64,000 nt of DNA from Acanthaster planci (lineage: Eukaryota), in NCBI RefSeq assembly GCF_001949145.1, contig NW_019091361.1:496001-560000 (forward strand), written 5' to 3'. This document shows, in pieces, positions 49,801 to 60,099 of the stretch. The translations under genes and the position numbers were made by a program. Under the pieces are notes generated by a model. That model worked only from the letters and a program-made list of their open reading frames with translations, ran no database searches and was not told the origin of the DNA. The stretch's first letter is position 1. Every line of letters begins with the position of its first letter.

Positions 49801-52800
49801 GGGTATCAGTCAGTATTAACTCTTTTGCTTTCAACAATGAGAATTAGGCAGTGCTGTGGAGGTACAGTGCTTTATCTGCACAGGTCGTACTTGGAATGCT
49901 TGAAATGCCTGTTAAGCTAGTTGTGACTTGCTGAATAACTCACAAGCCTTCACTTTAAGAACATGGTTGACACATGCACAAGTGTGACGTGGCTACATTT
50001 GTGGCATCTGTGTATTAATTAGTCAACACTTCCCAATTGTTAACTGCTGTGATGTGGGATATGATGTTATAACACCTGAGGGACTCATATCGCTCTCAGT
50101 GAGGGCGCTCTGCATCCTGAGGTTTGATAGAAACATCACAGCAGTTATACCTCTGTTGTGAATTCTTTGCAATATTTTTTCCACACGAAGTGTTCTTCAC
50201 TTCAGTTGAAATGACGAGGGTCTTGACCTGTTGTACGAAGCTCACAGACTCAATACGTCGTTTGAATTGTAATGTTTGCTCATTACTACCATACTACCCT
50301 TGTTTCACGTTGCTTTATCTTTACCTCTTATTAGGAACATTGTGTGTAATGGCTTCAAGAGACAGATGATCTTACCAGACAGTGATTGTTATGACTGTAC
50401 CCTATGTGCTTGCGTTGCCGATGTAGACTGGGATGCTGAGAACGAGATACTCATTGGAACCTACGGTCAGGTAGGAGCAGTGGCCTGGTTCTCATACTCT
50501 CTTACAACCCAAAACAGGTCTATGACTGATTACGATACTCATCAGAACCTGTGGTCAGGTTGGAGCAGTGGCCTTGTTCTCATACTCTGTTACAACCCAA
50601 AACAGGTCNNNNNNNNNNNNNNNNNNNNNNNNNNNNNNNNNNNNNNNNNNNNNNNNNNNNNNNNNNNNNNNNNNNNNNNNNNNNNNNNNNNNNNNNNNNN
50701 NNNNNNNNNNNNNNNNNNNNNNNNNNNNNNNNNNNNNNNNNNNNNNNNNNNNNNNNNNNNNNNNNNNNNNNNNNNNNNNNNNNNNNNNNNNNNNNNNNNN
50801 NNNNNNNNNNNNNNNNNNNNNNNNNNNNNNNNNNNNNNNNNNNNNNNNNNNNNNNNNNNNNNNNNNNNNNNNNNNNNNNNNNNNNNNNNNNNNNNNNNNN
50901 NNNNNNNNNNNNNNNNNNNNNNNNNNNNNNNNNNNNNNNNNNNNNNNNNNNNNNNNNNNNNNNNNNNNNNNNNNNNNNNNNNNNNNNNNNNNNNNNNNNN
51001 NNNNNNNNNNNNNNNNNNNNNNNNNNNNNNNNNNNNNNNNNNNNNNNNNNNNNNNNNNNNNNNNNNNNNNNNNNNNNNNNNNNNNNNNNNNNNNNNNNNN
51101 NNNNNNNNNNNNNNNNNNNNNNNNNNNNNNNNNNNNNNNNNNNNNNNNNNNNNNNNNNNNNNNNNNNNNNNNNNNNNNNNNNNNNNNNNNNNNNNNNNNN
51201 NNNNNNNNNNNNNNNNNNNNNNNNNNNNNNNNNNNNNNNNNNNNNNNNNNNNNNNTGTGACTGATCATGAACAGGAAATGCTTATCATGTTACCTTCATT
51301 CCATGACGTGTTTCCAGTGCATTTAGAACTTGATGTTTTCCAAAGCCGATCTTGTAACAGCAAGTTTGAAATGTTTTGATTTGGAAATTGTCATTCAGTC
51401 TTCTCCATTCATCTGACCATTTACACATAACCTGTTTGACAAAACTGTATTTTGTGAAAGAATCCCCTAAGAAAAATTGAAATAGTAGAGGAAATTTGAA
51501 ATTTGAGATATTATAGAATTCTGTTGGTATATCTGCGAAGAACAATCCAAAATTGGGAAAAAGGGTTGCAGGTTTGGCTGGACTCTGTTTCACTGAATCC
51601 AAACATCCGTCTGTAGAATTTGGTTGTTGAAGTCAAAGGGAAAGTAGATGGGTTATTGCTTCAGCTAGGGGGATATCCAGCTGTGTGTGGATAGCTCATA
51701 GATTATTAGAATGTTAACTTCTCATTCTCTGTCAAACGTTGACACTGTCCTGGGCACAGACATTTTTAATCCACTTGCTTGTAGAACATTTGAAATCAGA
51801 TAGAATGAATATCAGATTATGTAATCTCAATGCAACGCTCATCGGGTACTGATAAAATCCTTTTCAAAAAAGTCACGGTAAAATTTATCTGCTGTGCATA
51901 CCAGCACGCATTTGGGTTATTTGCGCAGAGCAAAGTGAAATGCTTATTGACTGATTGTGTGTTTAGGTTTTTGGAGCATTGGCTTTGTTGATGCAACGTT
52001 TTAGAATACAGATGCAGATATGCAAATAGCCGTACAACAGATGTACAACATTTCAAGTTTTCCCTAGATTTGTGCACAAACATAGATACGTGTGCCCTGC
52101 AGGCATCGCTTTGTACACGAGTCAGCGCTCTGATTTTTATGTATAACTCTAGGGTGTAACTCCAAGTAGTCTGATTGTCAAGATTTGCCCAAAGTTGTCA
52201 TTCATTTCTTGCTTTTTAGCAGTGTTATTTCAAGCTTATCAAATGAACTGTGACAAAAGTGCTCTATATTAATCACTCATTCTGTTATGGGTTTGTGACT
52301 GGACTCGTGAAGGGATTTGTGAAAGGCCTTGTGACAGGCTTGACTACCACACTGCTTTGGGGGAATTGAATGTAAGTAATAGTGATTCCTCATTTTAAGC
52401 ACACTCTTTAAGGAGTGGCATTATAAATGAATTGTTGCTGTTGTTATGTTTGTAGGAATTACTGTGCTACAAATTCTTTTCAAGAGATGACCGAAAACCA
52501 ACAACACAGGAATCAATGAAATCAGAAGGAGATGTTGAGAGCCATGATGGCAAGACAGAAGGGGATGAGCTTGGCTCGGGGACCAGACTAGAGATGGGAG
52601 ACCAAGAAGGAGCAGAGGAAAACATGACAGGAACTAATGGAAGAGAAGACAGGGAGCAAGACTTGGAGGAGTGCCAGGATGATATTGATGATGAGGGTAG
52701 GGATGATTGTCCTGGGGAGTATCACCTTGTCTGGCAGCGGAGCTTTGCTCATCCTTTACTTGCCTTGAAGTACGTAGACTTGATGTCAGATGGACTGTAT

Positions 52801-54765
52801 GAGCTGATTCTGCTCTCACTCAAAGGAGTTCACATTCTGCAGGTAGGTGGAACTGTCAAACGTTAAGATGTGGTTCATATCCTGTTGAATAGTTGGGCTC
52901 TTAGTAGTCCTACTGAAAGGTGCGTCATACAGGCAAAATCATAAACCTAGTGTGATTTGTGTGAAACTTGTTCATTCTGATGTGCAAAGATTTGTTTAGG
53001 ATTGGAGATTTTTTTCAGAAGACCAAGTTGGAATGTTCTTTTGGATTATTCCAAGAGATTATGTTGGCATTTTGTTGGAATGAAATGTTTCTGTTGGATT
53101 GCTGGTCAGTTTTAAATCCACAAAAAGTAACTAAATTATGTTTTGTCAAACACATCAGCGTCATTGTGTGGATTAAGTTCACGTGATCACGAATTATACT
53201 AAAACAATCAAAACTTACTTGGTTTCATGATGCTTCTAGCAACATTGTTGCCCTTAAGTGGGTAAAAGGTTTTTGGTAGGTTACAACCTCCCCCCCCAAG
53301 TTTCAATGGCAGACTCCAACACATTGGCAGCAAAAGGTCATATATGCATGGCTCCAGAACATTACACAAGCAATTGCAACAACAGCACACATGCTGACAC
53401 AGAAGTTGTGAGAACAACACATGTTGAATGATATTTCAGAAATTGTCCCTTATTATAGGGCATACCAGGACATAGTTGTAGACAGAGAAACATTTTGATT
53501 TGCTAGGTCAAAGAAGCAATGTACATGTAGCAGGAAAACAGAACATGAACTGGGATGATTGGGATTCCATGCCCATGTACATGTACAGTACATGTACCAA
53601 ACAGGTACATGTACATGTATATGCTGAACCATGTATAGAACCAGTGTCTGGCTAGTGCCACCGAATGGCCTTGCACTAACTTTTGATGAAAAACAATAAT
53701 ATTGCTCAAAAATCAAGAAAACAAGGAAGTGTTATTTTAAGATATATTTGGCGTGGGGGAGATGTTAGTTTTTAATACTGATTTTTGCCCTTACACCAAC
53801 GAATATTCATAACATTGTACATTCAGTGTTTGGCTGAGAGCTTGGGAATAAAATTCACAAGCTTATTTGGGTGGGACTCGAACCCATGACCTCCTGCGTA
53901 TTAGTGTAGACATCTTAACTGTTGAGTGCAGAATATACATAGATGTGAGAAAAAAAACGGTTAAAAAAGGAAGTGTTAATAGTGAAGTAAAAAAAACATG
54001 TTTCCTTACAATTTTAATTTAAAAATTCAAGTTATAGTACAGTAACCTATCAGTTGATATGATTATTTCATTCCCTGCTTGTTCTCTGTGCATAGAGTTC
54101 CGACTTTCTTCTTAGTCCTTGATTATTCGGTAACAGCCATGACCCCAAAGATATGTGACCAGATCCCACAACTTAAATCTTGAGGCCATGTTGTCAGTAA
54201 TTTTGTTGTAGTTTGGATAAGAAAGAGCAAACCAATATACCACTCTGTTTGGTGAGCTGTTACAAATGAATGTTACATGAGTGAAACTTGATTTACATTG
54301 TGCAGGATTCTTTTAAACCCTTTAACTCCAAAGTTGCTGTGGAGAATGGTAACTCATTTCAAGTTGGGTCACGTATGCATCATTTCCAGTTTCACATATG
54401 TTGTCAGGATAATCTCTAAGTGCCAAATGGTCCAATGGGAATACAGTCACACTGAAGCAAATGGCAGGTTTTCTCACTGGAATGCTCCAAACCTTTTCAT
54501 TTGTCCTTGATTTAATTAGCTCAGTTTGTCCCATTAGACAGCTTTACCTGGGAGAAATAGAGAAAAAAATCTAACCAGAATTTATTCATCTCTAATGACT
54601 CAGCTTTGATAGAATTCTCTGACTGTTGAGACAAACATACAGTTTTTCACATTGAAACGATAGATGTTGTTGTTCATTTTCCAGCATGATTTAGAAGAAG
54701 CAACGCTCATCTGCCAGGAGAGACTAGCTACTGTGCCATCACCACCATCCTCAGCAACAAGGTGA
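40653..54765 (+). CDS. KPTN: Kaptin, KICSTOR complex subunit (gene span, 502 aa)
   Basis: Join 40653-40866, 42149-42231, 42450-42537, 43322-43382, 43769-43844, 46512-46588, 47059-47165, 48125-48323, 50335-50470, 52456-52842, 54685-54765 = 1509 nt. Kaptin-like motifs [84 protein letters not shown]. Confidence 0.93.
41533..41645. repeat. Two-copy tandem repeat, ~68-bp period
   Basis: TCCAAATTAAAT..ACAGGGGAATTTAAT..CACAAGG at 41533 and 41601. Confidence 0.75.
42149..42231 (+). CDS. KPTN: KPTN exon 2
   Basis: [28 protein letters not shown]; aag|gtcaga. Confidence 0.92.
42450..42537 (+). CDS. KPTN: KPTN exon 3
   Basis: [29 protein letters not shown]; c|gtaagc. Confidence 0.9.
42686..43061. mobile_element. 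MITE with ~75-bp TIRs at a TTAA-like site (Kolobok-like AG..CT ends)
   Basis: TGAA|AGAGCACCTCTAAGGAAAACATG.. and ..TTGTTTTCTTAGAGGTGCTCT|TTAA. Confidence 0.8.
43322..43382 (+). CDS. KPTN: KPTN exon 4
   Basis: [20 protein letters not shown]; ga|gtaagt. Confidence 0.85.
43769..43844 (+). CDS. KPTN: KPTN exon 5
   Basis: [25 protein letters not shown]; gag|gtaggt. Confidence 0.92.
46512..46588 (+). CDS. KPTN: KPTN exon 6
   Basis: [25 protein letters not shown]; at|gtaagt. Confidence 0.9.
47059..47165 (+). CDS. KPTN: KPTN exon 7
   Basis: [35 protein letters not shown]; t|gtaagt. Confidence 0.92.
47820..47945 (-). mobile_element. tRNA-derived SINE fragment with conserved central-domain-like sequence
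   Basis: Minus strand B box GGTTCGAATCC followed by AAGTCACTTTATCC..CTCTCCACCCAGGCGTA, resembling the central domain of widespread metazoan SINEs. Confidence 0.55.
48125..48323 (+). CDS. KPTN: KPTN exon 8
   Basis: [37 protein letters not shown]; ag|gtgcat. Confidence 0.9.
48928..49546. repeat. 64-bp minisatellite, about 9 copies visible (small N gap inside)
   Basis: Unit CCTAGTCAAGACACTGTGGGTGTGGGTGTATGAACCAAAATGCACCTTGCTGTGTGCTTAGTGT. Confidence 0.97.
50335..50470 (+). CDS. KPTN: KPTN exon 9 (FG-GAP-like repeat)
   Basis: [45 protein letters not shown]; cag|gtagga. Confidence 0.94.
50445..51265. repeat. 88-bp tandem repeat spanning the KPTN exon 9 donor (N gap 50609-51255)
   Basis: GATACTCAT..GGTCAG|GT..GGAGCAGTGGCC..ACAACCCAAAACAGGTC ends at 50520 and 50608; the unit start TGTGACTGAT resumes after the gap. 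Confidence 0.85.
52456..52842 (+). CDS. KPTN: KPTN exon 10 (with acidic insert)
   Basis: ELLCYKF..[E/D/G-rich]..[42 protein letters not shown]; cag|gtaggt. Confidence 0.92.
53850..53920 (-). mobile_element. tRNA-derived SINE fragment
   Basis: Minus strand GGTCATGGGTTCGAGTCCCACC (B box); same family as 28270-28357. Confidence 0.55.
54685..54765 (+). CDS. KPTN: KPTN exon 11 (last coding)
   Basis: ttttccag acceptor; [32 protein letters not shown] 105 nt downstream. Confidence 0.85.
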   Translation, partial: HDLEEATLICQERLATVPSPPSSATR

Positions 54766-54870
54766 CAAATAAATGCCAAAGATGCAAGGGACGTCAAGGA
54801 TCCTACTCTATAACCAGATAGAATTAGTGATGAACTTCCTGCTTTTGCCACCGTTTCATGTAGAACACTG

Positions 54871-54876
54871 AATAAA
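54871..54876 (+). terminator. Candidate polyadenylation signal for KPTN
   Basis: First AATAAA after the stop codon at 54765. Confidence 0.55.
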
Positions 54877-55022
54877 ATACATTGAATATCAAAATAAGAA
54901 TGTGGGGTTCACATGGTGCTGTGCACCAATGTCAAAATACTTGACAGTTATTATTCATCAAGCTGTACATGTATGTTCAATTCATTAGGGGGTTTAGTCA
55001 CTTCCATCATAAGTCTTACAGA

Positions 55023-55142
55023 CTAAGGTCAAGTCACAAGCTACAGTCTAAGGTCAAGTCACAAGCTACAGTGTAAGGTCAAGTCACAAGCTACAGTCTA
55101 AGGTCAAGTCACAAGCTACAGTCTAAGGTCAAGTCACAAGCT
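55023..55142. repeat. 25-bp minisatellite, ~4.8 copies
   Basis: CTAAGGTCAAGTCACAAGCTACAGT tandem. Confidence 0.95.
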
Positions 55143-55666
55143 GTTTCATGAACTGTGACAAATTCATTCATTTGTCACTTTTCATCCTGCTTCTTGTGGT
55201 AGCGCTTGTGGCTAGGTTTGTGGCTTGGCTTGCTGCTGGGCTTGCAGCTGGACTTGTGACTAGGCTGTGGCTAGGCTTGTGAAAGAATTAGAGATGAACT
55301 TAAGCAGAGCATGGGAGTTTATTCAGTGGCTTCAGAATCTACTCAATCTCTGGACTAGAGAGAGGCAGTTGTACCTTACCTTAGAAGCACAAAACACTGC
55401 AAATCCTGTTGAGGTTTGAACTCAAATATCACACGAGTCAAACACCATGATCACTGACGCACAGTGTGATATTGTGTCTGAAAGCAGAAAGAGCTTGATC
55501 TCCCTCATGACAGCATTTGCATTTATCAGGAATCCTAACAATGCAATGTGGTCCAGGAAATTGTAGTACCTGTGGCACAACATGCCTGCTTGATTCTAAT
55601 TTCGCCTACAGTAATTATATTAAATGAGTCTACTTGACTAGTTGTGCAATTAATTATTATTATTAT

Positions 55667-55926
55667 TGCCACAAATAGGTCATTTGGGAGACACTTTGTT
55701 GTAAATTTTTCAACCTTAGGGAGACATTGGTCATTAGGGAGACATTTCAGTGTCTCCCTAATTTTACCGTCTAAATTTTGAGAGGTGATAGATTAGGGTC
55801 TAAAATGAAAACATGCAAAGTTTGGTTAAGATTGGATAAGGGAATATTGAATTATGGGACAGTAAAGTTGGAAAAAATTTGTGCACGTTCTTATGGGAAT
55901 GTCTCCCTAATGACCCAATTTCGGTA
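55667..55926. mobile_element. MITE with GGTCATTAGGGAGACA inverted repeats
   Basis: Left ..ATAGGTCATTTGGGAGACA and right TGTCTCCCTAATGACCCAAT..; extra internal TAGGGAGACA copies; (ATT)n on both flanks. Confidence 0.7.
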
Positions 55927-55929
55927 ATC

Positions 55930-58900
55930 ATTATTATTATTGGTTTATTTAATTAAAGATAGAACCGTCCCAGCCAGAGGCTGAATTGCATTTATATATA
56001 CATTATAACGAATCAGTAAAAACAGGACAATTAATACATAATAAGGTTGATCTACATAAAAAATATACAAATATTTCATGACAAGCAATACACAGAAATA
56101 CAAGGCTAAGATGACAATATAAAGGACACGTGGACGTGTGATATTAATTATTACAATAATTAAAAAATACTTTCACAATTATCGTTAACAGGCCTAAGAC
56201 TAGAAAGATTCAAACATTCAAGGGACATACAAATACAAATCACAACAAAATATGGCATGGAATGAGTATCAAAAGTAACAGAAGCAACAAGGGCATAGGA
56301 TACAAATAAAGAAAGACACAAGTCAAAAACAAAACAATTATGACAGAAAGAACAGACATGAGGTTATCACAGAACAACCATCATTCATCCCAGTACCAAC
56401 CGGGTATACACCTAAGCATAAGCCAGATTTTAAGCAGAGTTGACTATCACCACACAACCAGACCCAACAATAAACCTAAAGTTGAAGCAAAACCAATTAA
56501 TTACTTTTATTAAGTGCATCTACAAAAGATGGGATACAGCTCCTTTTATATCGGTTAGTTTGGTATTTCAGGGTCTGCATCTGATAAGAATTTCACAGGT
56601 TGTTATTTCAGTTTTAGGAAGCCAATGCCTATAGGTTTTGGAATCCAAGAGGGTTTTGCCAAAATTTAAGGAGAGTTGTTCCAATCTGTCAGCTATAGTT
56701 GAAAGCCAATACTCTTGACAAATTTATTTATAGGATTTTGCAGAACTGAGATCACTAAGGGTTTTCTTTTGCAGCCTTTCTAGAGTGACAATGTGTGCCT
56801 TAGTCCAGAATACCAAACAGGACAAGCGTATGCGATCATGGGCCTGACACACATAACATACACTGTCAGAAGGACATTAATAGAAACTAGGCTTCGTTTG
56901 AGTTTTCACAAGGAAAAAAGCCTTCGGTTAAAATTTCTACTCATATTATTTATATGGGAGTCCCACTTCAAATTACTCTGTATATATATACCCAACAACT
57001 TCATACATTCTGTTTGGCAAATCAGAAAATCAGATATAACAAAAGGGGGTATGTGCCGGATTGCATTGCAAGCAAATGCTCATATACTGGTATTTTGGGT
57101 TCAGTTTCATTTTGTTCGAGTCAGACCAGTGTTTTAGGTGATTGAGCTCACCTTGCATGCTTGAGCTTTTATTAGGATTGGCAAAAGTCTGACAAAGTGT
57201 CAAATCGTCAACATATTCGTAATGTTTTATGTCCAGTTGGTTAGGAGCAAAATCATTGATCATGACTAGGAATGCAATAGGTCCAATTTTTGTTCCTGGG
57301 GAACTCCAGCATGTAAAGTCTCCCAAGTTGACAGAACATCATTGTACATGTTGAATCAAACAGCCTGTAACTGGTTTGACAAGAAACTTCCTATCCAAAG
57401 AAATAAAGAAGTAGTAATCCCTAATTTGATAATTTTATTAATGACAATATTTTGATCAACCCTGTCGAAATCTTTACTGAAATCAGCGGCAATTACCGAG
57501 GCATAATTTTGTGATTTATTGAGAATGGTGTGAATGTCATCTAGACGTCTGACTAAACAGTGGGTCGTAGATAAACCCTTCAATGAACCAAATTGACAAT
57601 TATCAATAGCAAGTCTGATATCACTAGAATCCATTCAACGACAAAGTCTTCAAAAATCTTGCAAATATGTGAGCGAGATGGGTCGAAGACACTCCAAGCT
57701 TTGAGGATGGTTTTTGTAGGTACAGTGTACTACAAATGCTTTTTTCCAGATTTCAGGTATAATACCTTCACCAAAAGAGCAGTTAAAGATATTGGCCAAC
57801 AGGAAGCACAACTCAAAGACAAATTCCTAATCAAACGGGGTGGGAAGCAATCAGGCCCCCCAGGTTTGCCCAATTAACATTTTTGAACGTAGGGAAAACC
57901 TGTTGCGCCTTTACAACTGGAACTGGCCATTCAGAGGATAAATAAGCAGGTAAGGTCGGTTACCCAGATCTAAACAGGGAATATCATCTGCTTAATACCG
58001 AGGTGAACTTAATTGTTAATCATGTTGGCAATCTCCAGGGATGAATACCAGGTAAGTTGAAACTTTGTTACACTTAAAACCAGCAATTTTCTTTACTTGT
58101 TGACACCACTGCCTAGGATTGCCAATGTTGAGCTTATTTATACTTGCACTATAAAACGCAGACCTGGCTAATTTTATAAGCCTAGTAATCTTATTACGGA
58201 GGAATTTCCAGAGACTACTTTTCCCTTGATTGAAATCCCTCCGTCATTTAACGAGGGATTTTATCTCAGGAGTCATCCAAGGCTTGTTATTGTTGTGAAC
58301 GTAAACAATCTTGGTGGGAAGGTATTTAATACAGGGCATTCTGCAGAGATTGGTAGGAGACTTCCACCTTGGCACTGGATGTTGGTGCAAACGTGATGGC
58401 ATTCCAAGCATGATTTGTAGTCCACTGGTCAAACTCGTGTTTCTCAGAGTCTGTAATTGGTCGTACGATCTGGNCGTTGAATGGAATTTGGTCCATGAAA
58501 TTGGCTTCAGTGGTGACCACAAGACTGTGTTATGGTCACTTAATCCAATGGGTGACATGTCACCAGTGACTTGAGCATGGTAGTGACTCTTCAGGTTTGT
58601 TAAGATTTTGTCCAGGCCATGGCAAGTCCCCTTGTAGGGGTGTTGACAATCTGGTCAAGTCCTGTCAAACAACCAATGAAGTCAGTATCCAATTTGTTGA
58701 AATTACCTAGAATACTGATCCCAGATGATGGCTATTTTGTCTGAAGTATGTCTAGAGTTGATACAAGGTAGGCCTACTCAATAAGCAGGTCTTCAATGGT
58801 GATGGTGGATGATAGAGCCTACAGCCAAAATAAGGCCAGAAACTGACGTGATGGTCTAGCCCATATCCATAATACTTCCAGTTGATCAGGGACTTTGACA

Positions 58901-59400
58901 TGTTACAGATTTTTGGGCTTGAATACTATCTCCTATGTAAAAGGAGACACCCCATCACCGCTTTTGTGGCTCCTTGCTCTGCTAAACAGGCTATACTGAA
59001 GTGATTAGTGTAATAGTTGTGGGTCTTGGACTGACTCAAACAGAGACAATGGAGACAGATTTCAACTCAGTCTACGTCGTGTTCTAGGTCTACATGTACG
59101 TGCTCTACACCATGCTGTAAACTCCCTCTAAAAGACATGAATGCAATGTCACTATATTGCATGTACTGTAATGAGATGTGATGAGGTCAACAGAGGGTAG
59201 CATTCTGCTCTTGTTACAATTAGAGTCAATGTTTGATGAGAACCACATTTCAGAGATAGTGGCAATACCTTTTTGTTGGTATTTTCAATTCATCGATCCT
59301 CTGAACCAGTGATCTAGCATTCAAGAGGGCAAATGACACAAGTCCTAAGTCCTGCAAAGCACTGTTTTTTGTACTAGTAGTTTTGATTGTGACGAGATAA
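55930..59400 (-). mobile_element. Decayed non-LTR retrotransposon (CR1/L2-group LINE ORF2: APE endonuclease + RT)
   Basis: Fragments LLNARSL..ISEMW, GLSDHN, KPWMTPEIKSL, QFGSLKGLSTTHCL, DFSKDFDRVD, PGTKIGP..MIND, YVDDL, C-terminal TNRYKRSCIP. 3' hairpin CAGCCTCTGGCTG, AATAAA and (AAT)n tail. Many frameshifts and stops. Confidence 0.92.
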
Positions 59401-60099
59401 TCCAAGTTTGTGACTAGACAACTGTGTTAATTCCATATATCATGAGGGGACTTTGCCTACGGTTTAATTTAAGCCAGGAAATCAGGTTGGCTTGGTGGTT
59501 ATTTCCTTGACTTTCACTTCACATATAAACCGAGTGTCGTGCAGATTACAAAATGCTGATGTAATTTTGAATAAGATCCTATACTATATTTGGCAGTGCC
59601 AGTAAGACACCAGAGAATTGTTGCCCGTAATCATCGATAGATTGTAAGCAAATCTAGGTGACATCATGATGTTGTCTACAAATGCATTCTAAATTTGCTA
59701 CCGGAAATTGCCCTAATTCAGTGTTGATCTTGTGCCATCACCTGAAGCAAATTCTGTCTCGACTGACAAAATTTCCAACGTTATTACATCTAAACTCACC
59801 TTGTGATATGCACCTGGTCATTTACCTCACAAATTCAATTGTCAGTTCTCTTTGGGGGGAAAAAAAGAACAGCACTAATGGAAAAGTTCTTCCGGATATT
59901 TCAAACTTGCATTAATGTTCAAAAGTGATGATTTGGGGTCACATGTTCAAAGACTAGTTAGTTATAAACCTATTTAATGCACCACAAATTAGGTTTGAAG
60001 CTTCATTGCTTATTATTTAGTAAAGTATATGGAGCATGTGCTTGTATCTCTACAATATAATGTCATGGTTTATGCATCTGTAACCTGGAAAAAAGACNT

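Noticed and set aside
50551..51379. Long ORFs of 230-367 aa in the track (also 36228-36661 and 61723-62209)
   Set aside because: Artefacts of translating through N gaps.
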